A stretch of 64,000 nt of DNA from Azolla caroliniana (lineage: Eukaryota; Plantae; Polypodiophyta), in the NCBI GenBank assembly GCA_043228905.1, contig JBHGNT010000012.1:18228001-18292000 (forward strand), read 5' to 3'. The notes below the pieces were generated by a model. That model made no database searches and was not told where the DNA came from. It worked only from the letters and a program-made list of their open reading frames with translations. Position 1 is the first letter of the stretch, and every line of letters starts with the position of its first letter. Positions 1 through 10,881 of this stretch are shown piece by piece. The translations under genes and the position numbers were made by a program.

Positions 1-193
1 CATTGTACATTCCCTGCATATAGTGATAGTTGGAGTCTTGCACTCCCGTGGTTCTTTTTTGTCTAGGGTTCTCCACGTTAAACCCTGTGCATTCGAGTCT
101 CTCTTTGTGTTTTTTCGATTTACTGCTGCATTGATTCGTGTTTCCTCGGTTGTGGTCAAGAGGTGAAGGAATTGAAAGCGTCAATTCATAACA
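1..193 (+). repeat. 5' LTR of Copia A (partial)
   Basis: Matches 17420-17612, ends ATAACA, followed by the PBS. Confidence 0.95.
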
Positions 194-196
194 ATC

Positions 197-208
197 TGGT
201 ATCAGAGC
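197..208 (+). promoter_or_regulatory. Primer-binding site (tRNA-iMet) of Copia A
   Basis: TGGTATCAGAGC 3 nt after the LTR end. Confidence 0.95.
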
Positions 209-224
209 AACTGCAGTGCAGAAA

Positions 225-756
225 ATGGAAGGCGGCAGCAGCGGGCAGCCGGTGATGATGGTGCTGAATGCGCAGAACTACGCCGACTGGAAGATAAAGA
301 TGGAGGATCTGCTCATTGTTCGGGACCTGTATGAACCAATCGACAGGTCGGAAATACCCAAGGGGGTACTTGAGACGGAATGGAGGCTTCTGAACCGGAA
401 AGCCGTTGCAACCATTCGGCAATACGTCGACGTGAGCGTTCTACAACATGTGGCGAACGACACCAACGCATATGAGATGTGGCAGAAGCTGTCGGGCCTC
501 TACGAGAGGAAGAATGCGTTGAACCGGACCTCCCTGATGAGGAAGATAGTGAACCTCAAGTACCGGGACGGCGAGAGTATGGTAGAACACGTAAGCACGT
601 TCATGGGATTCGTGAACCAGCTTGCGGCGATCAAGTTCCCGTTGGAGGATGCAATGCAAGCCATCATCCTGATGTGTACATTGCCGGCAAGCTGGGAGAA
701 CTTGGTGGTGACTCTCAGCACCTCCTGCACCGAAGATAACTTGTCCCTACAAACGG
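225..756 (+). pseudogene. gag: Copia A gag, N-terminal part, interrupted by Gypsy B
   Basis: LNAQNYADWKIKMEDLL..AYEMWQKLSGLYE; collinear with Copia C gag up to SLQTV. Confidence 0.93.
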
Positions 757-1549
757 TGTCGAGATATTACGCAAGTGCGTGTGGAAACGAGGCGGGACCG
801 CGGGGGTCTCGAACCAAAGAGCAAGCGAGGGAGGAGAAAGAGAGAGAACCGGCTACGCAGGACCGGGGATACACAGGGACACGGCCCTTCAGCACGGAGA
901 ACGCGAACAGACACCGACACAGACAGATGCGAATGACTAAATATGTATATTAACAAAAATGGCTAACACGACTACAACCCTCGATGGGGGCACAGGTTGG
1001 TTACAACCGAACAGGCCGGCGAACAAATGCCGATGCTTCTTCGCTTCGACGCACAAAGGGGCAGCAGGTCGGAGGTGCTGCCGGAAGCACTCGGGCGTTC
1101 CTCGAAACAGCGCGAGCCTCCTCGGGACCCTGCACAGAAAGCTATGGAGCTCAAGAAGGAAGGAAACAGAGAGAGAAGCGTCCAGAAACGGTCCGACAGC
1201 ACTTCGTCCTCTCTGCGCGAGATGCCTGCAACCGCTCTTTCCAGCTCCTTATATAGGCCGACGAGCAGGCCGTCATGTCAGCTTTATTCCCTGTCCCTTT
1301 CGAACAGGGATCCGCTCCGTTCTTCACGCATCCGCGTAGTTACGCCGCCGACTCGTACAGTTCCTTAGCTCGCGCGCGCGACCGAAAAGACTGTTCGCGC
1401 GGTCTTTGTCTCCACTTGTGTTAGGGCCCGTTCCTGCCGATTATCCTCCTAATTCGCTTCTATCTACAACTTGGAGCTTGCGCGCGTGAAGAACCGGTTC
1501 CCACGCCTTGGTGCGCCGATTCCGCTTATGGACGGTTTTCTTCACGACA
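757..1549 (-). repeat. 3' LTR of Gypsy B
   Basis: Matches 12654-13446; three mismatches seen (1464, 1478, 1518); adjacent PPT GGTGGGGGCGGA on the minus strand. Confidence 0.95.
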
Positions 1550-1620
1550 TCCGCCCCCACCTAACCGCGCATCCTCCGGTATGCGCCAAGAGAGTTGGGA
1601 CGGAGAAAACCGGCCCGTCT

Positions 1621-4600
1621 TCATTCCTCGCCCGTCGGTTCTTCCTCGTTTTCGGATCGTTCGTCACTGCTGACTAGGAGAGCCGGGTCTGGCTCGTCGT
1701 CGTGTCGCTTCTTGAACGTTTTGATCCGCTTCCCTGCAACCGGTATCGCCATTCTCGTGCCGTCGAGTTCCGCCAGGTGATATGTCCCGTTGTCATTGGC
1801 GCTCCGTACCACGTAAGGCCCGAACCACCTTCGTGCGAACTTCCGTGTAGCTCGGTGCTGGTTGTCGAGGCTGCTGTCGTAGACGAGCACCCAGTCACCT
1901 TCGTCGATTTTCTTCGGTCGAACCTGGCTTTGTTCTTTGTCCTCGCCACCCGGAGCTTCTCCGCAGCCAGTTCCACGTCCTCCGGTCTCCGCTCGAGCTG
2001 TCGTATACGCGCGGCCAACAACTCCTCCCGGCTCATCTCGTCCCTCCAGTCGACCGTTGCCCACGAGGAGATCGTCCGTTCCATCGGCATGATCGGCTTC
2101 TGGCCGAACATGAGCTCCGTCGGCATGTACCCGGTTACCGAACTGTGCGTGGTCCGGTCTGCCCACAAAGCATAAGGTAGCAGCCGCGGCCAGTTACCGA
2201 CTCGGCCTCCGCATGCCCGAACCAACGCCTTGACGATCGGCCCGTGTCCGCGCTCCACCTTTCCATTCGCCTCCGGATTGTACGCAGTGGTGAGCGAGAG
2301 CTTGACTCCCAGCCGGTCGAACAGCTCCGCGGCTTCTTCGGCGTCCAACTCCCCTCGGTCAGCCACGATCTTCCCGACGCACCCGTACCGGCATATCACG
2401 TCCTCGATTAGGAACCGACATACGGCCGCGGTCGTTTTGTTCGGAAGGGCCCGGCCTTCCACCTGGTTCGTCAGATCCTCCCGCGCTAGGACCAGGTACC
2501 GCATCTGTCCTACCCCCATTGGCATCATCACCAGATCTACCATCCATTTGAAGTGGATGGTCGGAGGGTACGTAGGGTGAAGCTCGTCCCGGTGTCGGAC
2601 CACGGAGTGCATCTGACAGCTCTCGCAAGTTGTCACGAATCGATGCACGTCCCGGTACAGGCCCGGCCACCAGTACTTCTCCTTTATCTTCTCGAATGTG
2701 GCCCAAGTTCCACGGTGTCCGGCCCAAGGGCTGTCGTGGTAGGCCGTCAGCAGCTCCTCCTGTTCTTCCTTCATCGCCACCACCCGGAGCGGAGCGCCGT
2801 CCCTCTTCTTCGGGTGCTTCCATAGATAGCCATCCCGGAGAAAGAACCGGTACGCTTTCTTCCGGATCCGGTTGGCCTCGTCTTTCGTCCATGACGCATC
2901 CGGCGCCATTGTCCTCAAGAACCCGCCGATCTGCAGCCACTCCTCGTCGTACTTGCTCGCGTCGAAGTCGTTAAGCGCCGGAGTGCTCGTCCCGTCGGTT
3001 GTTACGTATGCTACCTCGAAGAAGTCCACGCCGACCTCTTCGTCCTCCGAAACCATGCCGCCCTCGTCATCGAACCTCGCCCTCGAAAGCATGTCGGCCA
3101 TGGCGTTGTCTTTCCTGGAAATGTGTCGTATTTCCGGGTCCAGGGACTTGATGTACGCTATCCACCTGAGCATTGCCAGGTCCGGCGTCGCGCATCCGGA
3201 AACCATGCCGAGAATCGGCATGCAATCCGTCTCTATGATTACCTCTGTCCCGATCAGATAGTCCTTGTCGGCCTTCACCGCCGAAACGATACCCCAGAGT
3301 TCGCGTTTAACCTGGGCGTATCCTCGCTGCCGCTCACTGAGGACCTTCGCGCCGAATCGGATCGAAAACCGATTGCCGTCCTCGTCTTCTTGGTTGACGA
3401 CCCACCCGATTTCGGTCGGACTCGTGTCAACCGTTATGTACACTGGGGTGCCCTTCCTGTAGACGGCCTTTCGGAGCGCCGGTGCTGCCGAAAGAGCCTC
3501 CTTCAGCTTCCGGACCGACTCCGTGTGCTTGTCTAGCCATTCGAATCTTCGCCCTTTCTTCAATAATCCGTACAGCGGCTCCGCGACGTGCGCGTAATGT
3601 GGGATCCATATGTGGTAGAAGGCGCATGCTCCCAAGAATCTTCGTACTTCCGTGACCGAGCTGCAATCAGGCTTCATCGCGGAGATGGCTTCTACCTTTG
3701 CCGGAGACGGTTTCCGGCCATATGGTCCACATAAATGTCCGACCACCATGATTTCCGACTGCCCAAAGGCTGACTTCTCCCCCGAGAAGGTGAGCCTCGC
3801 ATCCTCTAGCCTTTGCAGCACCTTCTCGCAGTCGTCGATGTGCGTCATCACGAATCGCCGGCATCCGTCCGGCCCGATCGTCTCGTCCTTCTCTTCTACC
3901 GGGCATCCCTTGATCGGGATGTCATCTAGAAACAGCATGGTGATGTCCGGGATGCAGTCCCTCAGCACCTTGTTCATTGCATTCACCATGTGGGCCACCG
4001 AGTTGGTCCCTCCTTGCGGCAGCGTACACATCCGCACTAGGCCGAGGGGAGTTCGCATCGTCGTAATGTCTCTGCTCTCCACGGCTAGCTGGAACTGGTC
4101 GTACCCTGAGTATAGATCACCGACCGAGTAAATCGACCTTCCGGCGAAGGCCTCCGCGAACTTGTCTATGGTCGGTCTGATCCCTGCGTTCCGAATGGTC
4201 ACTCTGTTGACCGGCTGCAGGTCCTGAATGAAGCGCAACGATCCGTTTTTCTTTGGTACTGTAAACCATCGGTTTGAATATGGGGCGCTCGACGGCTCGA
4301 GAATGCCCATATCAACTTTCTGCTTCAACAGCTCCATCAACTTCGGGATGTGAGCTCTTGGAACCGGAATTGGCTTGAGATTCCACGGTACATGCGGTAC
4401 CGTGAATATCACCATTGGCTCTACGATCGTCGGGTCTACGCACCCGATTTCCTCCGGTGAGAATGCGAAGGCTTTCCCGTGCCTTCCGAGCATTCTCCGA
4501 AACCGGTCTTCCTCCACCGGCAGTAGGAACCCGCCCCCACCGATCTTCAGCTCGCGGAGCGTCTCGTTGGTGAAGGCGTGTCCTATGCAGGCCGGATCTC

Positions 4601-5083
4601 GTAAGCTGGGGTCCGATGCAACCCCTTTGATTCGGGATTCGCTGCCCTCCGGTAAGGGCGCCGCAACTGGCCTCACCTTCCGGTCCACAGTCTTGTACTT
4701 GGTGCTAACTCGGGCCGTCCGTTCCGACTCGAGCCCTCGACCGAAGTCCGCGATGACTTCGTACATTTCTTCGGAACATACCGGTATCGTCCGGTCTTCG
4801 TTAAGGTCTTCTTCGACTACCTTCCCCAGCATTCCCAAGGTGTCGTCGAAGGAGACTGCCTCCACGGCTCCGTCGATTTCTTCGTCAGGGCCGAGAACTC
4901 CGCACGCCCGAAGTCTCCCCTCCGTCTTTGTTTTCTCTCGGCCGGCGATGCCGACCATCGTACATGCTCCGCTGTCAGAGAAGCAAAATTTCCTACCTAT
5001 TGTACACGGTTTTATCGTACAGATGTGGGGTTTTCCCGGAGCATCCAGACTGTCGCGGCCCCACGCCTTGGCAGTCCTCTCTA
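1621..5083 (-). CDS. pol: Gypsy B pol (RT-RNase H-integrase), probably reached by -1 frameshift; small frameshifting deletion near 1915 in the integrase C-terminus
   Basis: ORF 1674-4958: RT DLYSGYDQ, LPQG, FLDD; RH TVDTS, ETDC, ADMLSR; INT HHCC and D-D-E (MVD, VAD, KVE); GPY tail in ORF 1621-2166. Confidence 0.92.
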
Positions 5084-5479
5084 AAAATCCTCTCGGTTTT
5101 CGGAACCGAGGGAGTCGCGGTTACGTTCGTGGTTCGGCCGTACCGTCAGAAACTGGACCGAATGGCGCCCGTCTTGGCTTTTGACCCTCGCGTAGGCCGA
5201 ACCATTGTCCAGCACCTTGGTCTCCATTCGTGCCGCCGTGATGTACGGCTCTCCCAGTATGACCGGATGCGAAGACGTCTCCTGCACGAAGAAGTGCTGG
5301 TCAATCTCGACGTCGCCGATCTTGACTCGCACATTCGGACAGGCCCCGTGCAGTTCCTCGGTGGCGCGCGTTGCTGCCCTTATTTTCCACCCGTGCTTGG
5401 TGTTGATCGGCCATTTGCCCTTCTTATAGAAGTCCATGGACATCAAATTGATCTCCGATCCGTGGTCCACCAAAGCTAT
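5081..5479 (-). CDS. Gypsy B aspartic protease, end of the Gag-PR ORF, cut off by Copia C
   Basis: ALVDHGSEINLM..VILGEP..REDF-stop; continues the frame of 10882-12636. Confidence 0.88.
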   Translation of the reverse strand: MALVDHGSEINLMSMDFYKKGKWPINTKHGWKIRAATRATEELHGACPNVRVKIGDVEIDQHFFVQETSSHPVILGEPYITAARMETKVLDNGSAYARVKSQDGRHSVQFLTVRPNHERNRDSLGSENREDF

Positions 5480-6148
5480 TGTTGGGATTTCGGTCCCTCC
5501 GGATGGGATGTCCGGAGATGAATGACGGCAAGCCCGGTTGCGGTTACGGAGCCGGATGACGAATGTACCCGGAGAGAGATCCGGATGACGGCAAGCCCGG
5601 TTCCGGTTACGGAGCCAGATGATGAAGACCCTGGCTACGGAGCCGGATGCTGAAGACCCCGGTAACGGAGCCGGATGACGAATGTACCCGGAGAGAGATC
5701 CGGATGCGGGGACATATTTGTGAATATGTTTTGCCAAGAGCCCTTGAGGCTATATTTGTAAATAGCCCGAAAGTCATATGTGTATAAATATGACTTAGGG
5801 CAAACAGTTTAAATGTTGTTGCTCATTTTATGTTTTCAGCCGAGAGAGCGAAGTGAGAGCAGCCGAGAGAGGGAGAGAGAGAAAGGAAGAGGTCAACGCC
5901 TCTGTGTATTACCGCCGCCTGTGGCGAAGACAGTGAGCTCAAGGTTGTTGCCTTGTAGCTTCACCATTGTACATCTCAGTGTATAGTGATAGTTGGAGTT
6001 TGAGGACTCCCGTGGTTTTTCCCATTTAGGGTTTTCCACGTAAAATTCCAGTGTACCTTTTCTCTCTACTGTCCTCGTGCACTTTGTATTTCCCAATTTC
6101 TGTGAGTTGATCCTATTCCTCGGTTGTGGCCGAGCACTGTTTATATCA
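5480..6148 (+). repeat. 5' LTR of Copia C, with CCGG-rich short repeats near its 5' end
   Basis: TG..CA; recurring GGAGCCGGATGA and CCCGGTT units at about 5510-5705. Confidence 0.96.
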
Positions 6149-6179
6149 GAGTGGTATCAGAGCGACGGTAACACAGAAA

Positions 6180-7145
6180 ATGGAAGGCGGCGGTAGTGGG
6201 CCTCCGGGCATGATGGTGTTGAACTCACAGAACTACGCCGACTGGAAGATAAAGATGGAAGACCTTCTCATCGTCCGAGACCTGTACGAACCGATCGACA
6301 ATGCCGAGATACCCAAGGGAGTAATAGAGTCGGAGTGGAAGCTCCTGAACCGGAAAGCCGTAGCGACGATTCGGCAATATGTCGATGTAAGCGTCCTACA
6401 ACATGTGGCGAACGACACCAACGCATATGAGATGTGGAAGAAGCTGTCGGGCCTCTACGAGAGGAAGAATGCGTTGAACCGGACCTCCCTGATGAGGAAG
6501 ATAGTGAACCTCAAGTACCGGGACGGCGAGAATATGGTGGAACACGTGAGCACGTTCATGGGATTCGTGAACCAGCTTGCGGCGATCAAGTTCCCGTTGG
6601 AGGATGCAATGCAAGCCATCATTCTGATGTGTACATTGCCGGAAAGCTGGGAGAACTTGGTGGTGACTCTCAGCACCTCCTGCACCGAAGATAACTTGTC
6701 TTTACAAACGGTAAAGACAAGCATTTTGAACGAAGAAGCGCGTCGGAGAGATAAAGAACCGGTTTCCGATCCGAAGATGCTGCTTACCGAATCGGATCGG
6801 GGAAGACAATGGAACCGGAGTCCGCAAAGACGGGAGAAGTCGGGGACCCGGTCGCAGTCAAGAGGAAGGCCCACGTGCTTCCACTGTGGGAAGCCGGGGC
6901 ACTTCCGGAAGAATTGTCGGCATTACCGAAAGGACAACGGAGCCGACGACACCGATTCGAAGAAGTCACCGGAGAGAAACGGTGCATACCGGGGAGCCAC
7001 GGACCGGAGAGGTCCGGATCGGCGAGGGAAGGACCGGAAGGGAACGACGGCACTCGTGGCAAGTGAAGAAGAAATAATGCTCATTACCGAAGAGAGGGAG
7101 CTGAACCTTGCCGGTGAAATACTTCTCATCCTACACAGCCGGTGA
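6180..7145 (+). CDS. gag: Copia C Gag with CCHC zinc knuckle; runs out of frame at the protease deletion
   Basis: CFHCGKPGHFRKNC; terminal ILLILHSR is off-frame relative to A. Confidence 0.92.
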   Translation: MEGGGSGPPGMMVLNSQNYADWKIKMEDLLIVRDLYEPIDNAEIPKGVIESEWKLLNRKAVATIRQYVDVSVLQHVANDTNAYEMWKKLSGLYERKNALNRTSLMRKIVNLKYRDGENMVEHVSTFMGFVNQLAAIKFPLEDAMQAIILMCTLPESWENLVVTLSTSCTEDNLSLQTVKTSILNEEARRRDKEPVSDPKMLLTESDRGRQWNRSPQRREKSGTRSQSRGRPTCFHCGKPGHFRKNCRHYRKDNGADDTDSKKSPERNGAYRGATDRRGPDRRGKDRKGTTALVASEEEIMLITEERELNLAGEILLILHSR

Positions 7146-10100
7146 GCACGGCTGTGTCCGGATGGGAAATGAAGGTACGTGCCGGATTGCCGGCATAGGA
7201 CACGTGTGGCTGATGACATCAACCGGATGCAAGATGCTGTTGAAGGATGTGCGACACGTTCCGGAGGTCCGATTGAACCTGATCTCGGCCGGGAGGCTAG
7301 ATGATGAAGGCTACACGGGTAGCATCCGGAACGGTGTCATGAAGTTCAGCAAGGGGAGCTTGATAGTGGCTCGGGCCCGGAAGGTCAACACACTGTACCT
7401 GATGAATGCCTGGTTATGTCCGGAAGAGCTGAATGTGGCAGCCGACACTGCCGGTGAGCTGTGGCACAAGAGACTGTGCCACATGAGTGAGAAGGGGATG
7501 AAGAGGCTTGCAGAAGACAATCTTATTCCAGTGAAGCATGTGCACCTGGAGAAGTGCACCGATTGCCTGGCCGGTAAGCAGAACCGAACCTCCTTCCATT
7601 CAAGGCCACCGACGAGACGTAGCGCACCATTGGAGTTGGTGCACACTGATGTGTGTCAAGTAGAAACGAAGTCACATGGCGGAGCCCAGTACTTCGTAAC
7701 ATTCATTGATGATCACAGCCGGAAGCTGTGGACGGCACCGTTGAAGACAAAGGACCAAGTGTTGTGCGTCTTCAAAGAACTCCACGCGAGAGTGGAAAGG
7801 GAATCCGGCAAGAAGCTGAAAGCGATACGAGCGGATAACGGAGGGGAATACCGGGGGCAGTTCCAGGAGTACTGTCACTCGAAGGGAATCCGGCTCGAGT
7901 TTACTGTGCCGAAGACGCCGGAACTAAACGGGCTGGCCGAGAGGATGAACCGGACCATAATGGAGAGGGTCCGGAGTATGCTGGCACATGCAAAATTACC
8001 CAAGGGGTTTTGGGCTGAGGCAATGTCGACGGCGACATACGTGATAAACAGATCACCCTCAGTACCTTTGGACGGAGACACGCCGCAGAGAGTGTGGACC
8101 GGTAGGGAAGTATCCTACCGGCATCTGAAGGTGTTCGGGTGTCTCGCATACGTGCATGTGGCAAAGGACCGGAGAGGAAAGTTAGATCCAAAGACCCGGC
8201 CATGCATATTCCTCGGTTACGGCAACGACGAGTTCGGCTACCGAGTATGGGACCCGGTCGACAAGAAGATATTCAGGAGTCGTGATATCATCTTCATGGA
8301 GAACAAGACACTCGCCGACTGGGAGTCGGAGAAGAAGATGAAGAGCTCCAAGTTGACCGGTGAGGATAAACTCTACGAGGAGCAGTCCCGACCGGCGAGG
8401 GACCGGTTAACACTCGAAGATCCGGCCGTAGACGGTGAAGAAACAGAACCGGCCGAAGAAGAGGAAAATGATACCGGAACCGGCCCCGATCCCGAAATGG
8501 ATTCGGATGAAGAAGAATCGGAAGAACCGGTTACCGAAGCTCCGGAACGGAGATATCCTCTAAGAGAGAGAAGGGCCCCCCGGAGATTTCCGGAACCAGA
8601 GCACGTGCTGCTAACCGACGAGGGGGAGCCGGAGAGCTTTGAAGAAGCAAAACATGACATCCAGAGCCGCAGGTGGTTGAGTGCCATGCAGGACGAGATG
8701 GATTCCCTGCATGAGAACCACACATATGAACTTGTGGAGTTGCCGAAAGGAAAGCGGGCACTTCGAAACAAGTGGGTGTTCAAGCTGAAACCGGGAGATG
8801 CCGGAAACCCCCCGAGATACAAAGCCAGGATCGTGGTGAAGGGGTTTCAGCAGAAGAAGGGCGTCGACTTCGACGAGATATTTGCCCCAGTAGTGAAGAT
8901 GACCTCCATCCGGACGGTGCTGAGCATAGCGGCAAGCATGGACCTCGAGGTAGAACAGATGGACGTGAAGACGGCATTCCTTCACGGTGACCTCGAAGAA
9001 GAGATCTACATGCAGCAACCGGAAGGATTCGAGAAGAAAGGGAAGGAGCACCTGGTATGCCGGTTGAAGAAGAGCCTTTACGGACTGAAGCAGGCTCCCC
9101 GGCAATGGTACCGGAAGTTCGACTCCTTCATGACCGACGAAGGGTACCTCAAAACGCAGTCCGACCACTGCGTGTTTGTGAAGAAGTTCGAAGGAGGAGA
9201 CTTTCTAATACTCCTCCTGTACGTGGACGACATGTTGATCGTCGGATGGGACCAGGTCAAGATACGGATGCTGAAGAAGGCTCTTCACCGAACCTTCTCA
9301 ATGAAGGACCTGGGTCCGGCGAGGCAAATACTAGGGATGCACATCATCCGGGACCGGAAGAAGAAGCAGTTGTGGCTGTCACAGGAGAAGTACGTGACGA
9401 AGGTGCTTCACCGGTTCAACATGTCGGAAGCAAGACCGGTCGGATCGACCCTCCCGGCAAACTGCAAGCTGTCCAGCAAGCAAAGTCCCAAGACAAAGGC
9501 TGAAAAGGAGGATATGATGAAAGTGCCGTATGCCTCAGCCGTCGGGAGCTTGATGTACGCCATGGTGTGTACGAGACCGGACATAGGATATGCAGTCGGA
9601 GTGGTGAGCCGGTACATGAGCAATCCCGGCAAAGAGCATTGGAACGCGGCCAAGTGGATACTCCGATACCTGAAGGGCACGACAAACGTGTGCCTCCGAT
9701 TCGGCTCCGGCAAGCCCGAACTCGACGGCTTCACCGATTCGGATATGTCGGCTGATGCAGATACCAGCCGGTCCACATCAGGGTATGTGATGACGTATGC
9801 AGGGGGAGCTGTTTCATGGCAGTCGAGACTGCAGAAGACGGTTGCGTTGTCAACCACGGAGGCGGAGTACATGGCGGCTGTTGAAGCCGGCAAGGAAATA
9901 ACATGGATGAAGGACTTCAGTAGAGAGCTCGGTATCCGGCAGGAGGAGTACCGGCTCTACTGCGACAGTCAGAGTGCAATCCACCTTGCGAAGAACGCGG
10001 CCTATCACTCCCGGACGAAGCACATCCAGCGAAGATATCACTGGATCCGGGAAAGGATAGAAGACCAGGAGTTCATGCTGACGAAGATCCACACGGACGA

Positions 10101-10197
10101 GAACGGCTCAGATATGCTGACCAAAGTGCTCACACCCGACAAGCTGGAAGCATGCCGGAAGAGGATCGGATTGGAGAGACATCCCATGCCGAAGTGA
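7118..10197 (+). CDS. pol: Copia C pol (PR remnant, integrase, RT, RNase H); open but out of frame with gag
   Basis: WHKRLCH..CTDC; VHTD, RADNGGEY, NGLAER; RT YVDD; RH TDSD, EAEY, DSQSA. Confidence 0.93.
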
Positions 10198-10207
10198 AGG
10201 GGGAGTT

Positions 10208-10876
10208 TGTTGGGATTTCGGTCCCTCCGGATGGGATGTCCGGAGATGAATGACGGCAAGCCCGGTTGCGGTTACGGAGCCGGATGACGAATGTACCCGG
10301 AGAGAGATCCGGATGACGGCAAGCCCGGTTCCGGTTACGGAGCCGGATGATGAAGACCCTGGCTACGGAGCCGGATGCTGAAGACCCCGGTAACGGAGCC
10401 GGATGACGAATGTACCCGGAGAGAGATCCGGATGCGGGGACATATTTGTGAATATGTTTTGCCAAGAGCCCTTGAGGCTATATTTGTAAATAGCCCGAAA
10501 GTCATATGTGTATAAATATGACTTAGGGCAAACAGTTTAAATGTTGTTGCTCATTTTATGTTTTCAGCCGAGAGAGCGAAGTGAGAGCAGCCGAGAGAGG
10601 GAGAGAGAGAAAGGAAGAGGTCAACGCCTCTGTGTATTACCGCCGCCTGTGGCGAAGACAGTGAGCTCAAGGTTGTTGCCTTGTAGCTTCACCATTGTAC
10701 ATCTCAGTGTATAGTGATAGTTGGAGTTTGAGGACTCCCGTGGTTTTTCCCATTTAGGGTTTTCCACGTAAAATTCCAGTGTACCTTTTCTCTCTACTGT
10801 CCTCGTGCACTTTGTATTTCCCAATTTCTGTGAGTTGATCCTATTCCTCGGTTGTGGCCGAGCACTGTTTATATCA
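10208..10876 (+). repeat. 3' LTR of Copia C
   Basis: Matches 5480-6148. Confidence 0.96.
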
Positions 10877-10881
10877 GCTAT

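Larger units (their letters stand above)
5480..10876 (+). mobile_element. Ty1/Copia LTR retrotransposon C, very young, same group as A, protease-deleted
   Basis: 669-bp LTRs 5480-6148 and 10208-10876 with one mismatch seen (5617 vs 10345); TSD GCTAT at 5475-5479 and 10877-10881; PBS 6152-6163; PPT about 10196-10205. Confidence 0.97.

Noticed and set aside
1571-1588. TGGCGCATACCGGAGGAT as a second PBS near the 3' LTR
   Set aside because: Matches no tRNA 3' end I recognise; hairpin covariation explains it better
1621-1900. Chromodomain or env-like ORF after the Gypsy integrase
   Set aside because: Only a GPY-type tail and short acidic end, then the PPT within about 60 bp
5037-5042. Long-range pairing of the pre-PPT loop (CCGGAG) with CTCCGG in the B frameshift element, as in BYDV or RCNMV
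   Set aside because: The complementarity is absent in D, E and K
10621-10881. C-terminal extension of the 671-aa ORF, and similar extensions of ORFs 5081-5737, 216-953 and 39314-40231
   Set aside because: Read-through into inserted LTRs, not real domains
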